Of a stretch of 64,000 nt of DNA, positions 9,624 through 19,300 are shown piece after piece. The notes below the pieces were generated by a model. The model was given only the letters and a program-made list of their open reading frames with translations. It was not told the origin of the DNA and did no database searches. The stretch comes from an uncultured Vicingus sp. Lineage in GTDB: Bacteria; Bacteroidota; Bacteroidia; Flavobacteriales_E; Vicingaceae. The stretch lies in NCBI GenBank assembly GCA_964371285.1, contig CAYJMI010000002.1, positions 880 to 64,879 on the forward strand, in the 5' to 3' direction. Position numbers and translations under genes: made by a program. Positions within the stretch are counted from its first letter, which is position 1, and every line of letters begins with the position of its first letter.

Positions 9624-10043
9624 TTAATGTTTATGGCCACTATGGTCTTCTTCTTTTTTATTTTCTGGTCTTTCGTATTGACAACATCCTGCTAAATTAT
9701 TATATGCTTTATCTGTTGCTCTATACTCTTCAGTATCATAACCAACAGCAGCAATTTTCTTTTTTATTTCATCTAAAGAAATATCATGGGTATGGTAAAC
9801 AACTTCCATCATTTTGGTGTCTTTATTCCAATCTGCTTTTTCAATTCCTTTTACTCCTTTTAAAGAACCTTCAATAGTTTTTTCACACATACCACAATTT
9901 CCATATACTTTAAAACTGTCGGTTTTTTTATCGTCGTGTTTGCTAATTATTGTACTGTTTTCTAATTTCAGAACAGCACCTACGGCATTTGTTGTTAACA
10001 TTACTGTACTTAGTACGGTTACACTTAAAATTAATTTTTTCAT
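9624..10043 (-). CDS. Periplasmic heavy-metal-associated (HMA) domain protein
   Basis: Signal peptide; FKVYGNCGMCEKTIEGSLKGVKGI (CxxC ferredoxin-like HMA); C-terminal GCCQYE and HSGHKH. Confidence 0.75.
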   Translation of the reverse strand: MKKLILSVTVLSTVMLTTNAVGAVLKLENSTIISKHDDKKTDSFKVYGNCGMCEKTIEGSLKGVKGIEKADWNKDTKMMEVVYHTHDISLDEIKKKIAAVGYDTEEYRATDKAYNNLAGCCQYERPENKKEEDHSGHKH

Positions 10044-10076
10044 TTTTATTGGTTTTTATGGTTTATAAATTTTTAA

Positions 10077-10193
10077 TTATTTACTTACTATTAAAATGAT
10101 TATGCCAGCCAAAATCAAATAGATTATCCAGTTAAAGTGTTTTCTTATTCCTGTTTTTTTTGGTTCATCTCCTGTTTTACAACATGTTTTCAT
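10077..10193 (-). CDS. Unannotated 38-aa single-pass membrane peptide with N-terminal CC pair
   Basis: Hand translation MKTCCKTGDEPKKTGIRKHFNWIIYLILAGIIILIVSK*. It fills the gap between two same-strand genes and is below the ORF-track length cutoff. Confidence 0.3.
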   Translation of the reverse strand: MKTCCKTGDEPKKTGIRKHFNWIIYLILAGIIILIVSK

Positions 10194-10216
10194 TTTTAAA
10201 CAATTTTATGTTAATG

Positions 10217-10693
10217 TCAATGTTGATGCTCTCCATGCTGTTCTTCTTTTTTTATGGTTGTATTAGTGTCTAAACCTTTGTGGGAAAAATTAGCCGTTAT
10301 TGTTTTCTCTTTTATGATAAATTTTACCGTGCATAAAAATGAATCCAATCCATCCATTTGTGCTACAAAAAAATCATTCCCTTTCATCTGCAATGTTTGG
10401 GTTTTTGAAGTTCCATCTAACTTTCTGATGATTAATTCTCCTGTTATTCCTTCGTTTGGCATCGGCTTAAAATTTCCTTTAAACAAATAAAAAGTAAGCT
10501 GATCTTTTTTAAAATAGGCATTGGTTACCATTTCAATTTTGTACTTACCAACAGTTTTTACAACTCCATTATGGGGAGGTTGTTCAACATTGGTGGAATG
10601 TGTTGCTCCATGGCTACCATGATCGTGTTGAGCATAAGTGCTTAATGTACAAAATACAATTAGTATTAAAATGTAATTTTTTAATTGATTCAT
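10217..10693 (-). CDS. Secreted His-rich protein of unknown function
   Basis: Signal peptide; HDHGSHGATHS near the N-terminus and EEQHGEHQH at the C-terminus. Confidence 0.55.
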   Translation of the reverse strand: MNQLKNYILILIVFCTLSTYAQHDHGSHGATHSTNVEQPPHNGVVKTVGKYKIEMVTNAYFKKDQLTFYLFKGNFKPMPNEGITGELIIRKLDGTSKTQTLQMKGNDFFVAQMDGLDSFLCTVKFIIKEKTITANFSHKGLDTNTTIKKEEQHGEHQH

Positions 10694-10792
10694 TTTTTGA
10701 TAAATATTGAAGTTTTTAATAATTCAACTAATTGGTTTCCTACCACTAGAATAGGTAGTTTATAGTCCATATTTTTAATGTAAAAATTCATT

Positions 10793-11125
10793 TTATTCTA
10801 CTTTAATAGTTGTTTGTTCCTGAGTTATTGAATGGATAAAACAACTAAAACTAAATGTCCCTTTTGTATTAAAAGTATATGAATAAGTTTCTGCTGATTT
10901 TATCTTTCCACTATTAAATAAATTTCCATTTAAGGTATGATTACCACCTCCTTTATTAACAAAAGTAACTGTCGTTCCTACAGGAATAGTCAATTGAAAA
11001 GGGTGGAATGTTTTATATTCCAATCTAATTTCATTAACTCCCTGATCACTATCATCATGTTTTGTGCATGATGAAATACTATATACCGAAATAATAATGA
11101 TGGATATTTTTAAAAGGATTTGCAT
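10793..11125 (-). CDS. Cupredoxin-like lipoprotein
   Basis: Lipobox (ISSC); VGTTVTFVNKGGGNHT ... FSFSCFIHS resembles plastocyanin/amicyanin ligand spacing (His...Cys..His). Confidence 0.55.
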   Translation of the reverse strand: MQILLKISIIIISVYSISSCTKHDDSDQGVNEIRLEYKTFHPFQLTIPVGTTVTFVNKGGGNHTLNGNLFNSGKIKSAETYSYTFNTKGTFSFSCFIHSITQEQTTIKVE

Positions 11126-11127
11126 CT

Positions 11128-12912
11128 TTATTTAATCGTTTCTTTAACACTTCCACAGTCCAACATTTTACTTCCGAAATAAGGATTTTTAATTTTTTCT
11201 TCTAGACTTAACCAATCGGCACCTTTGTTATCGTTTGCCATTGGGCAATGCTCTATATAAAGTGTTTTGTTGTATGGTTTAAAAGAAGATATGATGCCTA
11301 TCATTCCATCAGAAACCGTTTGAAAAGCTGTACGCAATTCGCCAATTTCTTTAAAATGTTGTGCATGTTGTAACGCATTTTGAATTTCACTACTGTATTT
11401 CATCCAAACGGTGTGCGATTCTCCTTTAAATAACGACATATTTATGCCTTTTAAGGTTTTCTGTAAACGAGTGGATTGAACTTGAGCTTCCTTCATATTG
11501 TCAGCAGTTAATGCATCTTTTAAAGCTAAATAATCAACAATTAAAGGCTGTAAAGCATCTTTTCCTTTTTGATTAATCGTAGCACTTTTAATGGTTTCTT
11601 TCTCTGGTTTTTTTTCTGATTCAGACGTATTCGCTCCTCCATGGTTATGACCGGTCATTACTGCTCCTCCTTCTGGACTCATCATACTAGGTTTGCCAGC
11701 TAATTGTGCTGCGGCATCTATGGTAAATGTTCCATTTACAGCAATTTCTTCACCTTCTTGTAAACCTTCTTCAATAATATAAGCATCCCCTAAAGAAGGT
11801 CCTAAGGTTACTTTTCTCATTATGAAATTAACACCCTTTTCTGACGCTAGTTTTACATATACAACTGAGCGTTTTCCTGTCCACATTACTGCCGATTTTG
11901 GAATCACTATTGCATCAGTTTTCATTGGTAATTTTGCTTCAACATTACCAGAAACAAACATTTCTGGTTTAAACTTCAAGTCAGGGTTTGCCAATTCGAT
12001 TCGAGCTTTAGCAACTCTTGTTTTAGGGTCGATTATTGGATCTAAATAAGTAATCTTTCCTTCAAAAGTTTCTCCAGGAATAGATTGCACGGTAAAAGCA
12101 ACTTTATCTCCTTTTTTAATCCATATCATATCGCTCTCATAAACATCGAACAATAACCAAACACTTGATAAATTGGCTATTTCGTAAATCATTTCTCCTT
12201 TACGAACGTAATCGCCCATATTTACCATTTTTTTGGTTACATACCCTGAAACATCGGCAAGCATCGGAAATATTTCTTTGGTTTTTCCTGTTTGTAAAAT
12301 TTGTTCGATTTGATTTTCAGTCAGTTTCCAATTTTTTAATTTTTCTTTGGATGCATTGAATAATTGAGGTTGTAAGTCTTTTATTTTTTGCGTTTCCAAT
12401 AATTCTTCTTGTGCTGTTACCAATTCTGGTGAATAAATAGCAGCTATTTCTTGTCCTTTATTTACAAACTCTCCAGTAAAGTTTACAGTTATTCGCTCTA
12501 TTCTCCCTGGAATATGACTCGATTGTGAAACAACTAATCGTTCATCTGTTTGAATTTTACCATTTAAACGAATCGTTTTTACTGGCTTTATTTTTCCGAC
12601 AACAGCGGTACTAATATTTGCCAGTTGCATGGCCGTGTTAGACATGTTGATTGCCATTGGATCAGTTTCTACGCCATTTTCTTCTAGTGGAATTAAATCC
12701 ATCCCACAAAGAGGACATAAACCCGGTTCATTTTGTCGAATTTGAGGGTGCATGGAACAAGTCCAAATTTGGTCTTTTGAAGCTTCAACTTTTTGATTAT
12801 TTGAGTCAACCACTTTATTATTTGCTGATGGGCTTATTAACTTCCCAATGATTATCCCTACTACAAGTACGACAATCAATAATATCCATTTATTTTTAAG
12901 TATGTTTTTCAT
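11128..12912 (-). CDS. Efflux RND periplasmic adaptor (CusB/CzcB-like) with N-terminal HMBD cassette and C-terminal DUF3347 domain
   Basis: WTCSMHPQIRQNEPGLCPLCGMDL (aa 50-73); central HlyD-like barrel region; C-terminal LYIEHCPMANDNKGADWLSLEEKIKNPYFGSKMLDCGSVKETIK. Confidence 0.85.
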   Translation of the reverse strand: MKNILKNKWILLIVVLVVGIIIGKLISPSANNKVVDSNNQKVEASKDQIWTCSMHPQIRQNEPGLCPLCGMDLIPLEENGVETDPMAINMSNTAMQLANISTAVVGKIKPVKTIRLNGKIQTDERLVVSQSSHIPGRIERITVNFTGEFVNKGQEIAAIYSPELVTAQEELLETQKIKDLQPQLFNASKEKLKNWKLTENQIEQILQTGKTKEIFPMLADVSGYVTKKMVNMGDYVRKGEMIYEIANLSSVWLLFDVYESDMIWIKKGDKVAFTVQSIPGETFEGKITYLDPIIDPKTRVAKARIELANPDLKFKPEMFVSGNVEAKLPMKTDAIVIPKSAVMWTGKRSVVYVKLASEKGVNFIMRKVTLGPSLGDAYIIEEGLQEGEEIAVNGTFTIDAAAQLAGKPSMMSPEGGAVMTGHNHGGANTSESEKKPEKETIKSATINQKGKDALQPLIVDYLALKDALTADNMKEAQVQSTRLQKTLKGINMSLFKGESHTVWMKYSSEIQNALQHAQHFKEIGELRTAFQTVSDGMIGIISSFKPYNKTLYIEHCPMANDNKGADWLSLEEKIKNPYFGSKMLDCGSVKETIK

Positions 12913-12930
12913 ATCTTTTCTGTTTAATAA

Positions 12931-14163
12931 TTAATTTGTAGCAGTAATGTAATTTAACTTACTCAAAGCAATTTGATGCTGTGTAAGAGCAGTTACTCTC
13001 ATCTTTTCATATTTTAATATCTGTTGTTGTGTTCGTAATAATTCTTCAAACTCCTTACCTGAATTTCCATAAGCAACAAATAATAAATTAAGAATTTGTT
13101 TCGATTCTTCTATTTGTTGTTGATAGAGTGTAATAAAATTTAGTTGTTGTTGAATTTCAAATGAAGCCATTTCATAATTAGTTGAAAGATTATTACTTAT
13201 CTCTTGTCTTTGTAGGGCATAACTTTCTTGCATCAACTTTGCTTCATTCAAACTCGCCTTATATTTACCTCTGAAAATAGGTATACTGAAAGAAACCATT
13301 GGCATAATCACGTCTTTTCCATTATCTGAGACCATCATATCGGTTCGTTGACCAACGATAACATAATCTAAACCCACTCCAAATTTTGGTAGCCCTTGTT
13401 TTCGGGCAGCATTAGCCGCCGCTTCACTTGCTTTAATTTTTAGATTAATTTCATCTAATAAAGGATTATTAATCAAAGAATCTTTATTATAATTCATCAA
13501 TGAAGGTTTGGCAATTGGTAAATCATTAATTACCACCAATTCATCTTCATTTCTGTTTAAAATTTTATTAAATGATGTCCTTAATGGTTTTTCTTTCTTG
13601 TTTAAAATATCCAAATTGTTTTCGGCATCTTTCAACATAATGTCAACACGCAAAACATCTACAACAGAGCCATTACCATTTTCTAATTTATTGGTAGTAA
13701 TACTTTTGTAAGATTTTAATATTTTGATGTTGTTTTCTTCAATGGTTTTCCATTCTTTTAATTCATAGAGCGGATAAAAAGCATTAGCGACTTGCAAATA
13801 CAACTTATTTCGAGCATCAAGGTATGATTGATACTTGGCTTCTGCCATTAATGTTGCTACATTGCCCTGTGCTTTTAAGGTTCCAAACCAAGGAAACATC
13901 TGAGATAAAGAAAGCCTTGCTCTTTGTGGTCCAACTCTGGTTTCAACAGGTGATATAAAATATCCTACCGAAAAATTAGGGTCAGGTAAAGAACTTACTT
14001 GAGCTACTTTTTGCATCGATGCTTCAAACTCTTTTAATTTTGCTTGTAACCCAGGATTGTTTTCTTCTGCTATCTTTTGATAGTCTACAATCGTTTGACC
14101 TTGTAGAAACAGATTCAACAGTAGAAATGATATGATTAATATATTTTTCATAATTCGATGCAT
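12931..14163 (-). CDS. TolC-family outer-membrane efflux protein (CusC/CzcC-like)
   Basis: Signal peptide and coiled alpha-helical repeat pattern typical of outer-membrane factors; operon position. The likely start is the ATG at 14151, which forms an ATGA overlap with the upstream gene. Confidence 0.8.
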   Translation of the reverse strand: MHRIMKNILIISFLLLNLFLQGQTIVDYQKIAEENNPGLQAKLKEFEASMQKVAQVSSLPDPNFSVGYFISPVETRVGPQRARLSLSQMFPWFGTLKAQGNVATLMAEAKYQSYLDARNKLYLQVANAFYPLYELKEWKTIEENNIKILKSYKSITTNKLENGNGSVVDVLRVDIMLKDAENNLDILNKKEKPLRTSFNKILNRNEDELVVINDLPIAKPSLMNYNKDSLINNPLLDEINLKIKASEAAANAARKQGLPKFGVGLDYVIVGQRTDMMVSDNGKDVIMPMVSFSIPIFRGKYKASLNEAKLMQESYALQRQEISNNLSTNYEMASFEIQQQLNFITLYQQQIEESKQILNLLFVAYGNSGKEFEELLRTQQQILKYEKMRVTALTQHQIALSKLNYITATN

Positions 14164-14813
14164 TTTGAGGTTTCTACTAATTCAAGAGTCCCATAAACAG
14201 TTTCAAATTTTTTAACCGTTTCAGTAGTCTTAAAATTTGCTCCTTCTATCATAACATGGTAATTTCCAGATGCATGGTCGGATGTGTTTCTCCAACCGTC
14301 AAAGACCCTAAGAACATTAAACGCAATTTTTGAGTAAATACTTGAAGGCTTTCCCCAATCAACAAAAACAAGTTTTCCGTTTGGTTTTAGAACTCGATTA
14401 ATTTCAAAAAAAGCTTTTTGTTTTTCATCAGGTTTTAAATGATGAAAAACAAGGCTAGAAATTACCACACTAAAAGAATTTTCTCTAAAAGGAAGTTGTT
14501 TCCCATCATATTTTACTAATTCAACCTTTAGATTAGCATCAGTAACCTTCTTTTGAGCTATTTCTAGAATTTTCGCATCTACATCAACTCCAGTTAACCT
14601 AAGTTCTGGATACAATCTTTTTGCTAAAATAGAATTACTTGCTGTACCTACTCCAAATTCTAAAACATCTACATTTTTATTTTCTTTAAATGCTTGATAA
14701 ATCAAGCTATTTCGAAAATCATTTTCAGGCATTGTTCTAGCTATGATTGTATCATAAAAACCTGTTAATGCTTCAAAACTTAAAGCAGGGATATGTTTAT
14801 GCTGGTTTTTCAT
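14148..14813 (-). CDS. Class I SAM-dependent methyltransferase embedded in the RND operon
   Basis: Motif I VLEFGVGTASN; VVISSLVFHHL; LKPNGKLVFVDW; ATGA overlaps at both ends (14810-14813 and 14148-14151). Confidence 0.8.
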   Translation of the reverse strand: MKNQHKHIPALSFEALTGFYDTIIARTMPENDFRNSLIYQAFKENKNVDVLEFGVGTASNSILAKRLYPELRLTGVDVDAKILEIAQKKVTDANLKVELVKYDGKQLPFRENSFSVVISSLVFHHLKPDEKQKAFFEINRVLKPNGKLVFVDWGKPSSIYSKIAFNVLRVFDGWRNTSDHASGNYHVMIEGANFKTTETVKKFETVYGTLELVETSKCIEL

Positions 14814-17800
14814 GATAATTTTTTATTTTGATTTTTAATTACCGTTTCTCTCCAAAAAGCCTGCAATACAGGCACGACAAACATGGTCATAATTTGTATG
14901 GTCATTCCTCCAAACGTTGGTATCGCCATTGGAATCATCACATCTGCTCCTTTTCCTGTTGATGTTAATACTGGCAGTAAAGCTATAATGGCTACAGCAG
15001 CAGTCATCATTGCTGGACGAACTCTCTTTTTTCCTGCCTCTACAACTGCGGCCCTTACATCAGAAATAGTTTGTGGATTTCGCTCTTCAAAAACTTGATG
15101 AATGTATGTCCCCATAATTACACCATCATCGGTAGCAATACCAAATAGGGCAATAAATCCAACCCACACGGCAACACTTAAATTGATGGTGTGCATCTGA
15201 AATAAGTCTCGCATGTTGACCTCTGCAACAGAAAAATTCATAAACCATCCTTTGCTATACAACCACAACATGATAAACCCTCCTGCAAACGCAACAAATA
15301 CACCCGAAAAGTGGATAGACGAAGCTATTACCGTTTTAAACTGGAAGAACAACAGTAAGAATATGACAATTAAACTGATTGGAATAACTATCGCCAAACG
15401 TTTCACTGCTCGAACTTGATTCTCGTAGTTTCCAGAAAATTTATAACTAATTCCGGCAGGAACAATCAATTTACCTGCATCAATTTTTGCTTGAATGGCT
15501 TCTTGAGCATCGTTTACCACATCAACTTCCGCATAACCTTCTCTTTTGTCAAATAACACATAGCCAACCAAAAAGGTATTTTCACTTTTAATCATTTGTG
15601 GCCCTCTTACGTATTCAAAATCGACTAATTGTTTTAACGGTACTTGTGCTCCTGTTGGTGTTGGAATTAAAATTTTTCCTATCGACTCTGGGTCATCTCG
15701 TAATTCACGAGGGTAACGTACACGAATTGGAAACCGCTCTCTTCCTTCAACACTCGAAGTTATTTTCATACCTCCTATTGCTGTCTCTATACTTTGCTGA
15801 ATATCTTCTACATTTAGTCCGTATCTCGAAATTTCATCTCGGTTAATGTTTAAATGTAGGTATGGTTTTCCAACGATTCTATCCGCAAAAACGGCTTCTT
15901 TTTTTACCGATGGAACATCTTTCATAATGTTTTCCAATTGTAATCCAAACTCTTCTATTGTTTTTAAATCTGGGCCAAAAACCTTTACACCCATTGGTGC
16001 TCGCATACCTGTTTGCAACATTACCAATCTTGTTTCTATGGGTTGAAGTTTAGGTGCAGAGGTTACTCCAGGAATTTTGGTTACCCTTACAATTTCATCC
16101 CAAATATCGTTTGGTGATTTAATTTCAGGTCGCCAATTACGATAAAACTCTCCTTCCTCATCTGTAATTAAATCTGTTACAATAATTCCTTGTTTCAAGC
16201 CTTGTTTGTTTGTGATGGTATCTCCAGACCCAGTTATAAATCGCTCATTTTTATCTACTTTAAAACGAATTCGGTGTCCTGCTTCATTTAAAATAAATTC
16301 GGGCTTGTAATTAATGATATTCTCATACATCGAAATTGGAGCAGGGTCTAAAGCAGATTCTACTCGTCCTAATTTTCCAACTACCAATTCAACTTCTGGA
16401 ATATTACCTAACAACATATCCAACTGCCCTACTACCTTTCTGTTTTGCTCTACACCTGAATGAGGCATAGAGGTTGGCATCAACAAATAACTTCCTTCGT
16501 TTAAAGAAGGCATAAATTCAGAGCCTATTCCAGGAAAACTAGCAGTTGAACTTTTCCAAAAATTAGATTCTCTTGGGTTTAAACCAACTTTCTCTAATCC
16601 TGTTGCTACTACTCCAAAAGAACGATCGAAACCTAACCAAATAACTATTCCTAGCAATAGTGTAAACAGTGGTAACAACATAAACTTGCCTTTGTTTTGT
16701 AAACACCAATTTAATACTGGTACATAAAAGTGAACTATTGTTAGTAATGCACCTAAAATGGAACCTATTAATACAATAACAAAAATGTAATTAGAAAAAA
16801 TATTGTTTTGAGGCCCTAACGGCATCCATTCTTCAGTAAGGAAAAATGAAGCAACGAACAATGCCAATCCCAAGTTGATATAATTAGGATAAGCTTTAAA
16901 TTTTTCCGACCATTTGTACTCTAGCAAGTTATTTACTCCAATTAAGCTTAATGCTAATGGAAGCAGCATATTCGCATAAACTGCCAACACAATTCCACTA
17001 GCTATTAAAATAGAACTCCAAAGTCTCCGTACTTTCTTTTTGTCATAATCGATTCCAAAAACAAAATGTGTTAGTGCTGGTAAAATCACAATTCCAAGTA
17101 CAAAAGCACCTAACAACGCAAATGTTTTGGTAAATGCCAACGGGCGAAATAATTTACCTTCAGCTGATTCCATTGCAAAAACAGGCACAAAACTAACCAC
17201 AGTTGTTGCCAAAGCAGTGGTAATTGCTGATGCAACTTCAACCGTAGCATCATATATTACTTTCATTAATGCTTTTCCTTTTACGCCATGGTTTTCGGGC
17301 ATTTCGAGGTGCCGAATAATATTTTCGACAAAAACAATTCCAACATCTATCATTACACCGATAGCAATTGCAATTCCTGATAAAGCGACTACATTGGCAT
17401 CAACACCAGAGTATCGCATTACTATAAAAGTCATTAAAACTCCTACTGGTAATAAACTTGAAATGATAATAGATGCACGAAGGTTGAACATTAAAATAAG
17501 TACCACCATAATGCTGATTAAAATCTCATGCGACAAGGCATTCTCAAGAGTTCCAATAGTCTCTTGTATTAGTTTGGTACGATCGTAAAATGGAACAATG
17601 GTTAACTGACTTTCTTCTCCATTTGCCAGTATTTTTTTTGGCAAGCCCTGGGCTAATTCTTTTATTTTTTCTTTTACATTATTGATAACCTCTAAAGGAT
17701 TAGAACCGTATCGAGCAACTACAACGCCTCCAACAGCTTCAGCCCCTCCTTTGTCTAAAGCTCCTCTTCGAGTTGCTGGACCTAACGTAACTATTCCAAT

Positions 17801-18634
17801 ATCTTTAATTCGAACAGGAACATTGTCTTGAACTGCCACCACCGCTTTTTCGATGTCTTCTATTTTTTTGACATAACCTAAACCTCTTACCAAGTATTCT
17901 GCTTGATTAATTTCTATGGTTTTAGCTCCAACATCTCTATTCGATTTTTTAACGGCTTCCATTACTTTATGTAAAGGAATGTTGTAAGCTTTCAAAGCAT
18001 CAGGGTTCACATCAACTTGATATTCTTGAACAAAACCACCAATTGACGCTACTTCTGAAACACCATCTACGGCATTTAATCCATATTTAACATAAAAATC
18101 TTGTGCAGTTCGTATTTCATGTAAATCCCAACCACCAGTTGGTTTTCCATCCTTATCTCTACCTTCTAAGGTGTACCAATAAACTTGACCTAAAGCAGTT
18201 GCATCTGGCCCAAGTGTTGGTGTTACCGCATCGGGTAGAAGTCCTGTTGGGAGCGAGTTGAGTTTTTCCAATATTCGAGAACGAGACCAATAAAATTCAA
18301 CTTCATCTGAGAAAATAACATAAATACTTGAAAAACCAAAAATAGAAGAGCTACGGATGGTTTTTACTCCTGGTATTCCTAGTAAATAAGTGGTTAACGG
18401 ATAAGAGATTTGGTCTTCAATATCTTGAGGAGAACGTCCAGCCCACTGAGTAAATATAATTTGTTGATTTTCTCCAATATCTGGAATTGCATCAACTGGT
18501 ACTGGGTCTTTTGGCAAAAAACCTGTATTCCAATTAAAAGGAGAAGTAACAATACCCCAGCTTACCAACATAATTAGCACAAGAGCTGTAACTATTTTGT
18601 TCTCTAAGAAATACTTAATTATTTTATTTAACAT
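14810..18634 (-). CDS. CusA/CzcA-family heavy-metal efflux RND permease, extended form (1274 aa)
   Basis: Strong RND pattern throughout. Relative to the ~1040 aa I recall as typical, it carries an extra hydrophobic block and an extra soluble segment. Confidence 0.9.
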   Translation of the reverse strand: MLNKIIKYFLENKIVTALVLIMLVSWGIVTSPFNWNTGFLPKDPVPVDAIPDIGENQQIIFTQWAGRSPQDIEDQISYPLTTYLLGIPGVKTIRSSSIFGFSSIYVIFSDEVEFYWSRSRILEKLNSLPTGLLPDAVTPTLGPDATALGQVYWYTLEGRDKDGKPTGGWDLHEIRTAQDFYVKYGLNAVDGVSEVASIGGFVQEYQVDVNPDALKAYNIPLHKVMEAVKKSNRDVGAKTIEINQAEYLVRGLGYVKKIEDIEKAVVAVQDNVPVRIKDIGIVTLGPATRRGALDKGGAEAVGGVVVARYGSNPLEVINNVKEKIKELAQGLPKKILANGEESQLTIVPFYDRTKLIQETIGTLENALSHEILISIMVVLILMFNLRASIIISSLLPVGVLMTFIVMRYSGVDANVVALSGIAIAIGVMIDVGIVFVENIIRHLEMPENHGVKGKALMKVIYDATVEVASAITTALATTVVSFVPVFAMESAEGKLFRPLAFTKTFALLGAFVLGIVILPALTHFVFGIDYDKKKVRRLWSSILIASGIVLAVYANMLLPLALSLIGVNNLLEYKWSEKFKAYPNYINLGLALFVASFFLTEEWMPLGPQNNIFSNYIFVIVLIGSILGALLTIVHFYVPVLNWCLQNKGKFMLLPLFTLLLGIVIWLGFDRSFGVVATGLEKVGLNPRESNFWKSSTASFPGIGSEFMPSLNEGSYLLMPTSMPHSGVEQNRKVVGQLDMLLGNIPEVELVVGKLGRVESALDPAPISMYENIINYKPEFILNEAGHRIRFKVDKNERFITGSGDTITNKQGLKQGIIVTDLITDEEGEFYRNWRPEIKSPNDIWDEIVRVTKIPGVTSAPKLQPIETRLVMLQTGMRAPMGVKVFGPDLKTIEEFGLQLENIMKDVPSVKKEAVFADRIVGKPYLHLNINRDEISRYGLNVEDIQQSIETAIGGMKITSSVEGRERFPIRVRYPRELRDDPESIGKILIPTPTGAQVPLKQLVDFEYVRGPQMIKSENTFLVGYVLFDKREGYAEVDVVNDAQEAIQAKIDAGKLIVPAGISYKFSGNYENQVRAVKRLAIVIPISLIVIFLLLFFQFKTVIASSIHFSGVFVAFAGGFIMLWLYSKGWFMNFSVAEVNMRDLFQMHTINLSVAVWVGFIALFGIATDDGVIMGTYIHQVFEERNPQTISDVRAAVVEAGKKRVRPAMMTAAVAIIALLPVLTSTGKGADVMIPMAIPTFGGMTIQIMTMFVVPVLQAFWRETVIKNQNKKLS

Positions 18635-18764
18635 GATTTCAATTATTTAATGTGAAAATGAGCAAATGTTAGAATACAAATACCCTTATTGGAATTACAA
18701 CTATATTGTAACCAATAAATTAATCAATTCACCTATGAGTAAATTGATTAACACATTAAAATAA

Positions 18765-19175
18765 TCAAATAAGGAAAGACTGAACCATCACAGGAATGTC
18801 TCTAATAAGAGGTGGTGGTGAATAATCTTTATAAAAAGTTGTTTGTAAAGATGTTGATGGAACTAAATCTAATAATGTGGCAACAATAATTATTGCAAAA
18901 TCAATAGAAAAATTTATTGGAGTTAATTCTTGAGCATAATCTTCATCCATCTGAATTAAACGAAATTGATCTTGACAACAATTAGATTTCAGTTGCATAC
19001 CAGAGGCACAATTATTTTCTTCTTGCTCCATTCCACAAGAAACATCAGTAATGGTCATAGCATATTCCGTCTTCACTTCTTTGCCTCCACAAATGTGAGA
19101 AGAAACAGTAAATCCCATTGATGTAACAAGGATAACTAAACTTAATATGACTGAAAAAATCTTTTTCATAATCAA
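18765..19175 (-). CDS. HYC_CC_PP-family small protein at the head of the RND operon
   Basis: Signal/anchor; SSHICGG, SNCCQDQ, YSPPPLIRDIPVMVQSFLI. Confidence 0.6.
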   Translation of the reverse strand: MIMKKIFSVILSLVILVTSMGFTVSSHICGGKEVKTEYAMTITDVSCGMEQEENNCASGMQLKSNCCQDQFRLIQMDEDYAQELTPINFSIDFAIIIVATLLDLVPSTSLQTTFYKDYSPPPLIRDIPVMVQSFLI

Positions 19176-19300
19176 TCTAATAACATAAAATTATACTTTT
19201 TATTGTTTATTTATCATTTTATTTCTAAATAAAAGAAAATTACGTCCTTAACCTTGGTTAAGATTGACAAAAGTTAAGAAAAGTAATCTTCTTTTAATAT

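Noticed and set aside
17127-17588. 153-168-aa plus-strand ORFs inside the RND genes (also 21833..22339 and 23642..24103)
   Set aside because: They are antisense to strongly supported CusA/CzcA frames. The composition is typical of reverse-frame translation of membrane proteins.
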